A stretch of DNA of 64,000 bases from Setoptus koraiensis (GCA_048013815.1 CM106586.1:23374001-23438000); one strand, 5' to 3'; shown: positions 1 to 11,343, counted from the stretch's first letter. The notes: generated from the letters alone by a model not told the origin. Program-made: numbers and translations.

Positions 1-1
1 C

Positions 2-1303
2 AGTGTATTTGAAACTAGATTAACTACTAACGCTAACATCAATAATGCACTTATTCGAACTAGACACACCATTAATGATTCACCCAACAATCGTGGATCT
101 CATCTGATAGAGAGGCTTATATCGTTTGTGAGAACAACAATGTCACCAAGACGAAGAACTTCCCAAATGAGAAACAATATCAAATATCAAACCAAATCAC
201 ATTGTGGTCTCATATCGGCGCCAGCTTCAACAGGTAGTCTAATTGACCAATTTGTGAGTAGACCAAGAATACCGAGTTCGGTGGCGTTTTTGATTGGTGG
301 CTGGCAGCATGGCATGGCCAGCAAATCAATTTGGTCCTATGATTTTGTCCACGATAGATGGTTCAAGCTAAGGTTGCGTCTACCCGAGCCTAGGGCTTAC
401 CATTCGAGCGAATTAATCGGGGATTTAATTTATATAATTGGTGGCACAAATGGTCGCCACTATCTCGATAGTGTCGTGTGTTTTGATCCGCTCGACACGA
501 CTAATAAAGCTGCAAATGCATCACATCATAATGTCGATAGCGATAGGGAAGAGCAAAAAATAAACTCTGCCAGTGATAAATTTATAATAAGAAAGAGCAT
601 GTCGGAGAAGCGATGTTACCTGTCCACTGTTGTTTATTCCAATAATATATTATACGCTTTAGGTGGCCATAATGGTCGTCAGAGACTTCGAACAGCAGAA
701 TGTTACAATATAGAGACAGATAGTTGGAATTATATAGCCGAAATGACGATAGCACGAAGTAATGCATCAGCTTGTTTGCATGATGAAAAAATATTTATTG
801 CGGGAGGACAAATAACGGATCAATTCATACAATCTTCGGTGGAATTTTACAAGCCACAAGACGATACATGGACTTTTGTCACCCCAATGCATATACCACG
901 AATGTCATTCGCTTTAGTATCATACAAATCCTATCTAATGGCTATTGGTGGCTGTAATGGTCTTGGTTTCACTAAAACTGTTGAACGTTTCAATGCACGT
1001 AACTCAAATTGGTCATTGTGTTCGTCCATGCTACATAAACGCTCATCGTTTGCACCTATAATAAATCAAGATAAACTAATGGTCGTTGGCGGATACAATG
1101 GCTTTGCCACTATGAAATATTGTGAATATTTCAATGTTTTGCAGGCAATACAATCGCGTCAGGGCCCCGTGAAATGGACGCAGAAATCAAATTTATTACA
1201 CAATCGTAGTGGTTTCTCTGTTTGTATAATAAGAGTATTGAGTAATGCTCATCATTACACATATCACGGTTACTCAAATGGAGAATCTAATCTACTTAAT
1301 TAA
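2..1303 (+). CDS. KLHL10: Kelch-like protein (KLHL10-like), kelch beta-propeller region, 5' partial
   Basis: The frame is open from base 2 to the TAA at 1301-1303, so the start lies outside the window. Repeated GG...Y/F...W kelch blades (LIGGW, IIGGTNG, ALGGHNG, IAGGQ, AIGGCNG, VVGGYNG). The RPRIP...IGGW...YD...DRW...PRAYH...IYIIGG and RCYLS motifs match my recollection of the KLHL10 subfamily. BTB/BACK domains would lie upstream of the window. Confidence 0.8.
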   Translation, partial: SVFETRLTTNANINNALIRTRHTINDSPNNRGSHLIERLISFVRTTMSPRRRTSQMRNNIKYQTKSHCGLISAPASTGSLIDQFVSRPRIPSSVAFLIGGWQHGMASKSIWSYDFVHDRWFKLRLRLPEPRAYHSSELIGDLIYIIGGTNGRHYLDSVVCFDPLDTTNKAANASHHNVDSDREEQKINSASDKFIIRKSMSEKRCYLSTVVYSNNILYALGGHNGRQRLRTAECYNIETDSWNYIAEMTIARSNASACLHDEKIFIAGGQITDQFIQSSVEFYKPQDDTWTFVTPMHIPRMSFALVSYKSYLMAIGGCNGLGFTKTVERFNARNSNWSLCSSMLHKRSSFAPIINQDKLMVVGGYNGFATMKYCEYFNVLQAIQSRQGPVKWTQKSNLLHNRSGFSVCIIRVLSNAHHYTYHGYSNGESNLLN

Positions 1304-1357
1304 TCTCATATCAATGTCTTGTATTGTCTTGTCCATGTATAGAGAATAATGTGATTC

Positions 1358-1363
1358 AATAAA
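1358..1363 (+). terminator. Candidate polyadenylation signal of the kelch gene
   Basis: AATAAA 55 nt downstream of the stop codon. Confidence 0.4.
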
Positions 1364-2053
1364 TGCAGCTTTTTATATAGAAAAAAAAGTTGGCCATATG
1401 TTTCGACTTGGTCGTTAGTTGTAGTAGGATTAATATTGAGAAGCGGCCAGCCTCACTTACAATCACTTTAGCGACAATGGAGATATTTTACTGCTTGCCG
1501 AAAATCGATCAAATGGCTTACAAGATAAAACTATGACAGGAGATAATATACAACCGTCTTTTGTCATCGGGTGGACGTTTTTGAAAGTAATTTTTTCTAG
1601 ATTCTCTCCTTGAGTCGCTCGCCACCATTGAATTGAAAAGGATATGCGTCGCATTAATTGTCCAATTATTTCATGAATAACGAAAAAGTTTGAAAAAAAG
1701 AATAACCATTTCGACGGTCTACCGTTATAGGAACAGAGTACGAAATTGGATCTGAGTGTGCCTCAAGGGAGGTTTACTTTTTAAGAATTTTCTAATTCAT
1801 TATTGATTAATTATATCAAAAACAAACACGAATTAGCGACTATTCGACTCTTCAATTATTATTTGCTTTGTCGATTGCATGACTTTATTGAAACAGGCAG
1901 TTATGTAATCAACATGCCAACTTACGTACATGCGTGCACTACGATTGAATGGATTCGCAGATTGATCAAAATTGATCATTCTCATTATTTGTCATTATCG
2001 TCAATCAGCTAATCAAGCGGAAGCTTTCCCTATATTAAGCTCATTCATTAGCC

Positions 2054-3379
2054 CTATTTTCCCGACAATCTAAGTGATCGTCTAGATGATGGTTTCTGTT
2101 GAGACGCATATCTACCAACCATTCGGCTGGGTGATTTAAATGATACTTCATGTTGTTTAGTCACCGGCGAAGAATGGGGCGTATTCATTCCAAACATGCC
2201 GGAAATGTTGTTTCGAAATACAAAAAATAGCGCTATACCAGCTAGGCTTAAAACAAACAATATCACCACTATCACTATGATAAGTGTTCTTGTATTTTGT
2301 TGGATTCGTTCTCGATCATCTAAAATTCCCGGTATTTCTTCCTGGTAGCGGGGATATCTATTAATGTCTGGCTGGTCTCCCTCAATGCAATTGAACAGCA
2401 ATTTTAAGTCCTGCTTTTCTGTTGGTTTCACTATAAGTCTAGATAACCACCAGTTCCTCTCGTCATCGCAAACAACCTTCATTCTGTTGTTATCTGGCGA
2501 AGCTATTGCTGGCCCGACTATGTTGGCCTTTTCAGGTCTCTTTGGCACGAATTCTGGTTGTATGTCAATGAATTTGAATGTATCTCTTGCCTTCAGTACC
2601 GCCTCATCGAATAAAACACCAAATACGTCTTCCCTAAGATATTTAATCGATGTGCTATTAGTTAAATCAAATTCAAGATAAACAGGTCTTCCATATGGCT
2701 GGGACATGGTTGCTTTATACCGAACAAACGCGTCAAGAGAGCCTGGCTCAAATGTATCATGTGTAATTTTACCAAAAAAGTATACTCTCATATCCTTTAA
2801 TTCTTTGTCATTCACATTTTCCTTTTTCCCTCTGTAAGGATACTTAATAGTCATAAAATCTTTTTCAACTTTGCCCAATTTAGTATTTGCTTCAACTTCA
2901 TAATAAAACCTCTCTATATAATTGAATCGAAACAAATCTTTCTTCAGTTTAATTAAATTTGAACTACCAATAAATATGCCGATCATCTTGTCACTTTCCT
3001 TAGTATTTGAATGAAACGTTCCATCTGGCTCTTCTCTGTGAATATGGTCACATTTAAGATTTCCTAAAACAGGAAGTATAAAATTACAATATTCTTCACA
3101 TTCATAATCTGAGAGAAATTGACAGCCTGCTGATTTTCTTCTCGTCTCAAATATCCATTGCTCTTTGTTATCTAAATCGATTATTTTTTCTACTCCATCA
3201 CCAAACTTCTCACAATCTGTCCCATATTTCCCAGATTCCGTTCTATCTGGATATTTATTGCAGGGTCCAATCCATTGTCCTAGAGGCTTTTTAGAAATTC
3301 CCAAATATGCATAGACCTCTACAGACATTACTAAAACATGAAGCACTACACTAAGAAATAGCGAAATAGTCGGAGCCAT
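2054..3379 (-). CDS. Uncharacterised type-I membrane protein, family member A (441 aa, intronless)
   Basis: Long ORF with a hydrophobic N-terminal signal peptide (MAPTISLFLSVVLHVLVMSVEVYA), Cys-containing ectodomain, one C-terminal TM helix (LIIVIVVILFVLSLAGIALFFVF) and a Ser/Arg-rich tail. In-frame TGA five codons upstream of the ATG supports this start. Aligns to 4480-5763 and 59380-60765. Confidence 0.9.
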   Translation of the reverse strand: MAPTISLFLSVVLHVLVMSVEVYAYLGISKKPLGQWIGPCNKYPDRTESGKYGTDCEKFGDGVEKIIDLDNKEQWIFETRRKSAGCQFLSDYECEEYCNFILPVLGNLKCDHIHREEPDGTFHSNTKESDKMIGIFIGSSNLIKLKKDLFRFNYIERFYYEVEANTKLGKVEKDFMTIKYPYRGKKENVNDKELKDMRVYFFGKITHDTFEPGSLDAFVRYKATMSQPYGRPVYLEFDLTNSTSIKYLREDVFGVLFDEAVLKARDTFKFIDIQPEFVPKRPEKANIVGPAIASPDNNRMKVVCDDERNWWLSRLIVKPTEKQDLKLLFNCIEGDQPDINRYPRYQEEIPGILDDRERIQQNTRTLIIVIVVILFVLSLAGIALFFVFRNNISGMFGMNTPHSSPVTKQHEVSFKSPSRMVGRYASQQKPSSRRSLRLSGK

Positions 3380-4479
3380 TCTTTTAAACTTTCACGGTGA
3401 TTCCTGTATGCTTGATAGTGATACTCTGTCAGGGTGAGTTATTTTGTTCGTTGGTTGACACAGATGAGTGATACTATTCTTGCATCAAACAAAAGCTAAT
3501 GTTAACATCCGTTGTGGAAAATGACAGTACAAATCGGAATAGCCGATGTAGCGTTATACTGTCTTTTGTATTCGATCTGAATATCACAAGAGCGCGCGAT
3601 CCCCTTACAAAATTGTTTATCAATCAATGGTATTGCACCCGTGTGAGTAGATATTCGCACAATGCCTGGCAAAAACTAATACCTGCCCTCGGACTTGCAA
3701 TCTTGCATTTGTGCGCATCTTGTTCAACTGACTGATGTGCACCAGAAACGTCAGAATTTTTACAATCAAATTCAGCACTAATACATGTAGGATTGATTGT
3801 GAAAACCACAGCGTTTTTTGATTTGCATCGGCAGAACAAAATGCGCACAAATTATCGCAAATTCGCAAAATCAATCAAAGGACTCTACGGTCTCCACCAA
3901 GCCAACCGATTGACAGAGATTTATGGCAAGGCAGCGAGGAGTGTGGCGATAATTTAATTGTACGTTAAAGTTTTGATTCCTTGTCTCATGTGCCAATAAA
4001 TTATAATTACATTTAGGTGGATTGAGCGCTTGAATATGTCGCTGCATTGGTGGCATATTTTTTTCTTTACAGCCCTTTGATCTAACCCGTTGATAATGTT
4101 GTGTTATGGGATGATCGTTGATATGGCATGGTAATGATTAGTATATTGTGTTTGACATCAACTGTAAGCGACAAACGTAACCATGCAAACTGTTGGCTCT
4201 ACTTGGAAGTTTTGGCGGTGAAGTTTTCATAAAGAGAAGATGAGCAAATAAAAGAAAATAATCAGTTTTATTCTAATTATGCAACTGTCAGGTAACATCA
4301 ATCTATGTGAATATCAGTGATCATAAAAGATTGCCAATGTACTCACCTCGTTCCAGATTGACACTTCAAACAGTCGCGTTGTAGCTAGATTGGCTACAAT
4401 TAGCTCGCTAATTGGCCTTATTTTATCAATCTTATATCGATCTAAGCGATCCAACCGTTCTTTTAGAAGAAGACTTGTG

Positions 4480-5763
4480 TCAGGGCGCCGATCCACTGAT
4501 CATTCGGCTGGGTAATTTCGATGGTACTTTACGTTGTCTAGACACTGACGAAGAACGGGACGCATCCTTTCCGAACATGCCAGAAATTTTGTTTTGCAGT
4601 GCAAAAAATGCCACTGTACCAGCTAGGCTTAAAACAAACAATATCACCACTATCACTATGATAAGTGTTCTTGTATTTTTTGGGATTCGTTCTCGATCAT
4701 CTAAAATTTCCGGTATTTCTTCCTGGTAGCGGGAATATCTATTAATGTCTGGCATGTCTTCCTCAATGCAATTGAAAAGCAATTTTAAGTCCTGCTGTTC
4801 TGTTGATTTCACTATATGTCTCGATAACCACCAGTTCCTCTCGTCATCGCAAACAACCTTCATTCTGTTGTAATCTGGCGAAACTATTGCTGGCCCGACT
4901 ATGTTGGCCTTTGCAGGTCTCTTTGGCACGAATTCTGGACATTCTTCAGTGAATCTGAATGCATCTCTTGCTTTCATTACCGCCTTATCGAATAAAACAC
5001 CAAATACGTCTTCCCTAAGATATTCAATCGATGTGCTATTAATTAAATCAAATTCAAGGAAAACGGGTCTTCCAAATGGCTGGGGCATGGTTGATTTATA
5101 CTGAACAAACACGTCAAGCGAGCCTGGCTCAAATGTATCATGTGTAATTTTACCAAAAAAGTATATTCTCATGTCTCTTAATTTATTGTCTGTTGGTTCT
5201 TCTGATGCTTGACCTCTGTAAGGATACGTAATAGTCATAAAACCTTCTTGAACTTTACTCAATGTAGTGTCCTTCTCCACTTCATAATAAAACTTTTCTA
5301 AGTAATTCATTCTAAACATACGTCTCTTTAATTCTGTTAAATTTGATTTACCAATAAATAAGCCAATCTTTTTGTCACTGTATAAACTATTAGAGTGTGC
5401 ATCCGCGTCTTTTTCGAAAGTCCCTACAACTATCTGCCCATCGCTCACATAGCGATATAAGTAGAAGTAGGGTATAATCATTATACAATGTTCATGGCAA
5501 TGGGAATATTCAGTAGGTTCTGAATGTGTTTGTGTATAATATCTCTGCCTTGGAATAAACCAAAGTTCACCACTAAAGAATTGCTTCAAATTCCTTTCTC
5601 TACCCCAACTCAGACAAACATCCTGCTTTCCCGGCAAATCTGTACCCTCTGGATATTTTTTGCAAGTTCCCATCCATATTCCTGGCATTAATATCGCATC
5701 GCTATAGTCTATCAAATGGGCATAAAGTAATACAATAATAAACAGCGAAATTATCGGAGCCAT
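4480..5763 (-). CDS. Uncharacterised type-I membrane protein, family member B (427 aa, intronless)
   Basis: Tandem paralog of member A about 2.38 kb away. The ORF-track start at 5808 is a GTG; the ATG of MAPIISLF at 5763 is homologous to the member A start. Signal peptide, conserved central domain (YFFGKITHDTFEPGSLD, YLREDVFGVLFD, NRMKVVCDDERNWWL), TM helix. Confidence 0.9.
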   Translation of the reverse strand: MAPIISLFIIVLLYAHLIDYSDAILMPGIWMGTCKKYPEGTDLPGKQDVCLSWGRERNLKQFFSGELWFIPRQRYYTQTHSEPTEYSHCHEHCIMIIPYFYLYRYVSDGQIVVGTFEKDADAHSNSLYSDKKIGLFIGKSNLTELKRRMFRMNYLEKFYYEVEKDTTLSKVQEGFMTITYPYRGQASEEPTDNKLRDMRIYFFGKITHDTFEPGSLDVFVQYKSTMPQPFGRPVFLEFDLINSTSIEYLREDVFGVLFDKAVMKARDAFRFTEECPEFVPKRPAKANIVGPAIVSPDYNRMKVVCDDERNWWLSRHIVKSTEQQDLKLLFNCIEEDMPDINRYSRYQEEIPEILDDRERIPKNTRTLIIVIVVILFVLSLAGTVAFFALQNKISGMFGKDASRSSSVSRQRKVPSKLPSRMISGSAP

Positions 5764-5992
5764 TATTTCAAACTTTTCTGGTGATTCGTGCGTATTTTGT
5801 CCATTCACACGAAGAGTAGTTGAAGAATCCTACGTTGAGAACTCAATCAGGATTAGAAAGCCGATCTCGTGATGGACAATTGTTATTGCTAGCTATTGAT
5901 CAGCAGATCAACACATGTAAATGTGTCACTCATTTCAATGATTAACTATCAATAATATTTCTATAAATCTAGACAAATCTAGATGAGACAAC
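5764..5992. promoter_or_regulatory. Short head-to-head intergenic region, candidate bidirectional promoter
   Basis: Only about 230 bp separate the divergent ATGs at 5763 (-) and 5993 (+). No specific promoter motif identified. Confidence 0.35.
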
Positions 5993-6946
5993 ATGGAAGG
6001 GACCAACTTCATATTTCCACTTGTCGCATTAATAATTATTATTTTATTAGTTTGCTGCTGCTACTATATATTAATCATCAAATGCAAGAACAATGACAAC
6101 CCCTACGAACGTTTGAAAGCGATATTATGTTGTCGCAAACCAACTAGAGAAAGTATTAACATTGTTATTAACAATGAGTGCACTGTAGACAAAAAATCAG
6201 ATATAAATAATGATGATTTAAAGATAAAAATCACTAATGACAATTTAAAGACATTACAGACCGATCAGACGACGACGCCGATACATTTACAAGAAAATAC
6301 AAGAAACAATAGGAGGCAATTGCCTAAGACAATCAGTAACGATGGCCTCAATAGCGTAACATTCGTTAGCGAAACTTTCAATCCCGATAAAGTGCTAATT
6401 GAACAGCAACCTAGTGCTATTAAGCCGGCCAATCGACCCCCTGCAACTACAAGAATAAATCCAAATGTAAATAGAAATCATTTAATATTGCAACACCGAT
6501 CCAACGGGAGCCAACAAAGCTTGTCAGCCCGGAGTGTTTCACCTAGTTTATCATCATCAAATTCATTGTCATCAGATCAAATGTCTGCCCAATCTGATAG
6601 AGATTCAGCCAGTCAAGTAAGCCGATTGCAAGACACAAGAAATGAACCAAGCTTAATTAGATTGGGCTTAATAACTACAAATGACATTTTGCTGAAACAA
6701 CGGAAGCAATTTTTACAACATCAAGGCAACCATGCGGGCGAGGAGTCCTATCAGGTATTGAAATCGTCTGAGTCTATATCTGACATGGACGATTTATTGA
6801 GCAGCAAAAATTCAGCGATAAACAATCATTTAAGTAAACCACTTGAATCAAACGTTATACTAAGCGACAAGAGGCTCAATCTAGAGCAGGCCCATCTGAA
6901 TATTCTGTCAAAGTCACTAGCCTCGCCACCGCCTAGATCTCGCTGA
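5993..6946 (+). CDS. Single-pass membrane protein with N-terminal TM, juxtamembrane Cys cluster and long Ser/Asn/Gln-rich disordered tail; C-terminus possibly truncated by sequence errors
   Basis: 317-aa ATG ORF: MEGTNFIFPLVALIIIILLVCCCYYILII (TM plus palmitoylation-like CCC), then low-complexity Ser-rich sequence. Protein-like Ser/Arg-rich reading continues in shifted frames to about 7196. Confidence 0.7.
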   Translation: MEGTNFIFPLVALIIIILLVCCCYYILIIKCKNNDNPYERLKAILCCRKPTRESINIVINNECTVDKKSDINNDDLKIKITNDNLKTLQTDQTTTPIHLQENTRNNRRQLPKTISNDGLNSVTFVSETFNPDKVLIEQQPSAIKPANRPPATTRINPNVNRNHLILQHRSNGSQQSLSARSVSPSLSSSNSLSSDQMSAQSDRDSASQVSRLQDTRNEPSLIRLGLITTNDILLKQRKQFLQHQGNHAGEESYQVLKSSESISDMDDLLSSKNSAINNHLSKPLESNVILSDKRLNLEQAHLNILSKSLASPPPRSR

Positions 6947-7199
6947 ATGCGCCTCTCAACAAGGTCTCGATCTAACGGGGACGAGTCGCGAAGAGTTGTT
7001 GTTACTTCTTCACAACGATGAAAATAATGAAACCAAATTGTGTGCTAGGTCGCTAACTGCGATCGCTCCAATCCGAATCGAACCAGGCCCCTTTTCTGCT
7101 ACATCTCCCCGAGAGAGCCAAACCTCAGTGAAAAGTACTTCCGTGGAGAAATTATTGTCGCAGAGGGAAAAAACTTTTTGGGATCTTCACACCTGAAGA

Positions 7200-10100
7200 G
7201 GGGTCACGCTTTTTTTACTCCCTGAATATACACAATTTGTGCCCCTGCGCGTAGTGTTCCGCTGAGCTGTAGATACCCGCCCGTTTACGGGTTCCCGTAT
7301 TTGGACGAACCGGTAACAGTTTGGGTTCGGCTCTGATTTTTTGGATCCGAACACTCAACGGGCATTCAGCGAGTTCCGGGTCAGAAAACGGGCAGTCTGT
7401 TGAAGGAGCGTCAAATTTGAGGCGAGTATAATCTTGAGAGAGAGTTTTTTCTTGTTCAAATTCCTCATAGAGTAAAATGTAATATACGAATTACAATAGA
7501 TTATAGATATATAATAAAAAATATTAAAATAACATTTGGACGAAAGAATAATGTATGCAACGAATAAACAATATTAATAGTCCATAAAAGTGAAATCAAG
7601 GAATAATTAACCAATACAAGAGAATAAGTGACAATGGAGAGAAAAGTATAAAGGTTAATAGGGTGAAGAAGTTGATCAACAGTACATCCCCAAAGCCAGT
7701 CGTACATCAACCACCGAGCCTACAATCAAAGTTACAGTACGTTTCGGGGGTAGCGAAGCTGGAGCCCTCATCTTTAGTTGGTCTGAGGGTTCTATTGTCC
7801 TTTTACCGGCATCGCTGGGTCCATATTGGAGAACAAACAATAAGCGAAACGACACAAGCTCAAAACCGCGGCTAACCCTATCCATTTATAGACCAATCTC
7901 GTTTCAAATCCTCCCACACAGGGCCCATGGTATCCCGGCACACCAAGCGCTCACTTTAGGTCGAATAATTATTGTAGCCTAGGGACAATGAATTCCGACC
8001 AAATTTACATTATTGAAACAGGTGTACCTGGGGGTCCTACCCGCAAATCCAACTTCGAATTACGTCCCTATAAGAAGATTCCGCATACTCTCGCGATGCT
8101 GGCATTCTCATGGGTACGCGCTAACCGCCTATCTACTCGGGAACCACCGTTCGTAGGCAAACACATAAAGACTGTAAATCTAAGACGTAATCACTCCCAA
8201 AGTCAGTTTTGTCGTGCTTAGCTCACTGCTTAAATTATATATTATGGAAAATGAGAATTGACACTAAATAATAGATTCCCCCGAGTACACTCTTTGGCGG
8301 GGGGGCGGTATCATATCTCATGTAGAGAACCTAATTTGAAGTAGATACTATAATAGAAATACAAGTTTCATAGTCTTAATAATAACGTTCTTAGTATAAA
8401 TGTGTGTGTTCGGCATGTAAATAGAAAGATATAATCTTTAAATGCGAGAATATTAAAAATATAACCAACCAAGCCCACTAAAATTTCTTCGCTCGAATAG
8501 GTGTTTTGGTGGTAGATGTTAGTGATGTGTGTAGATCTAAAAAATTGATATTAAATCATGTGCTTTGATTAGAGTTGATACACAGTAAATAGGGATTAGA
8601 AAAGAAGTTCATGGATGAGCATTTATGTGGATAGATATGGATCAGTTCAAATGAGAATAAATAATGTGACTTATATATGGAGGTGGAGAATAAATCTTGG
8701 TTTGTGATAAAGGCAAAAAAAAAATAATATATATAATCATATTAAGCTTTACATTCTAAATTCTAATAGTAAAGAAGGTGAAAATGAGAATACGAATGAG
8801 CCAAAAAAAACCGAATAAAGATTAGCATTTATCAGATAAATAAAAAAAAAAATGACTTAGATGATCATGGTACTAACATAAATGTAAAAAGAGGAATATG
8901 GCATGTAAACATAACAATACGAATAAGAGAGATAAATTATCTATATTAATATGATTTAATACTATAAAGAAATATTAAAGGAACATTAAAGAAAAAATTT
9001 ATAAATAGAAATATTAAATGATTTAATAGCATCTACACCCGATGCATGATAAATCTAAAGCCGGCCCATGATTAATCACGATTCTACAACGGTCCATTTT
9101 CTGACGCTAACTAAGCAACTCTTAGTGAGATACCGTGAATTGGCAAAAATTGAAAAAAAAAAAAAAAAAAAAAATGACTTATATTATGGTTATGAAGTAA
9201 GAATTAGACAATATTTAATTGATTTTCAATATAAATCTATGTTGAATAAAATCAGTTTGTAAATTCCACAAGAATATTAAGAAAAAAAATCAATAATTTC
9301 TAATAAATATTGATCACAAATTAAAATCAAATCTAAGAAAATATTTTAGAAAAAAAAAAGAAGTACATTCTTATTATTAAATAAAATAAGATCAAAGTAT
9401 ATACGAGGGAACTAGTTGTATCTCATAATTTGAGGAATAAAATTAGATATAACGATTAGGTAACTAGATAAAATGGTATATAATCCCAGCTCTCATCGGC
9501 TAGGGGGGGGGGATAGTCGCAGACAAATTTGACGCTTTATCAGATGTTAAGACGTTAACTAATACATTCACATCGCAACTAACCCCGACCAAAAATTACA
9601 TAAATGACCAAACAAAAACAAATTAAGTAATTCAATACAAGTATTACATTTTAAGCTGGTATGCAATAAAAATTATACTTCATGTAGCATTTTCTAATAA
9701 ATAAAACATATGAAGGTAAGATATAATTGAAAGTATATTGAGATTCAAAAATAGCAAAATAGGTTCATGCAGCAATCAAATAAAATGATGTATTCTAAAT
9801 GAAGGAAGGTTCAAAGAAACGAAGTATATATAATAAAAGTTGGATAAAGAAACATATAAGTAAACGCGTAAAAATTGGAGTAAAATTATTAGTTGAATCT
9901 ATGTTTTTGAAGATAGATCCTATTAATATAATAAATGCAATGTTAAATTTAATCGTAATCTTCAATTAAGAAATAATCAAAGAATAAAAATTTACTTGTG
10001 ACAATGAAAGTAAATAATTTAATTAAAATAATAACATAACAATCCCTTTAATGAAAAATTAGAATGTACAATTAAATGATTAATTAACGCATCAAAATCA

Positions 10101-11309
10101 AAAATATAATTGAAATCCCAATAGAAAAGAGTATTAGAGAAATATTTATAATTGAATAATGGTGCATATACAAGGCCTAATGACATAACCAAATCAATTA
10201 CATAACTTAGAAATTATTAAAGGATAAATGACTCGAACATTACCAAAAGTATTACGATGTAGCAATATAAAAATAATCATTTAGCAATTAATCACAAATT
10301 GTCCTAATCAAACACATGAGTGATGAATAAATTAAAAATTTTATCTGCAAGGTAATATAAGAAATACCAATAAGTATAAATATTAAAGAGTTTAAGCAAA
10401 TATAAAAATTATGTTAGTTTATCTGTTATAGGTTTGGTCAAAGTTTGCGCTAAATGACTTGCATGTATTGTTTGTGTGTAATCGGGGGTGCAAGAGGGGG
10501 GGGGGAGGGAGTTAAAATTGGAAAAGTAAGTATATGTATTAAAGTATCGGAAAAAATAATAAAATATGACAAGTAATTCTTTTATTGGAAATCAATACTT
10601 AATTATAGGCCACCAAATTAAACTAGAAAAAAATAGTTAACCAATAATATAATCGGTAGTGATAATGTGAGTGGTATTGAATCTTAAACATCTTCAACTG
10701 AATGAATGAGAAAAGGATATGTTAAATGTAGCAATATAAGAATTTATAATAATATAGTATAATAGATCAAAGATGTGTGAGTTCAATAAAAAATGGATTT
10801 TAAACAACTATCTGTAATAATGAATGTTTGTAGTGACAGGTTGGATTAGGATTGATGAAAAAGTCAAAGTAAACTTAGATAATATAAGTAATAAATAAAA
10901 CAAAATTGAAGATTTGTTATTGTTGGCGGCTAGCTTGAAGTATGAGGGGTGATTATGAGTGTGGCGTTATGGGGGGGGGGGAGGAGGTAGGTGTATTTTT
11001 GGGGGAGATGAAAGAGTGTATAAAGAGAGAGCACACACAGCACAGATATCAATGAGGAAGGAAGGCATGTGGTGGATGGGGGGAGAGGGTGAATTAAGGT
11101 ACTTTCGATTTTGAGATAAATGTTAGGGATCAATGTATTGTGGGGAGTGGCGGATTTGAGGTGAGACAAGTGGTTGGGTTGGTGATGGTGTTGTATTTGG
11201 TAGGTCTGGTGTCGGGGAATATGGTGGGTGGTATTTGGTGAGTTTTGGGATTTTTGTTTGGTTGTTGTGATGATTTTTTGGGGGGGGAGTGTTTTGGTTT
11301 TTATTTTTT

Positions 11310-11343
<34 letters not shown>

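Noticed and set aside
3100-3290. WSC or C-type lectin assignment for the family's N-terminal domain (W-x-G-x-C, C-x3-C)
   Set aside because: Spacing differs from the WSC YxGCY and terminal CxC pattern, and lectin motifs are absent. Needs a profile search.
5764-5808. ORF-track start of member B at 5808
   Set aside because: It is a GTG. The ATG at 5763 matches the member A start and gives a proper signal peptide.
6950-7000. Loose resemblance to a PacBio SMRTbell adapter (CTCTCAACAA...AACGGGGACGAG)
   Set aside because: Only about 10 nt match exactly, and the downstream sequence is not the reverse complement of the upstream sequence.
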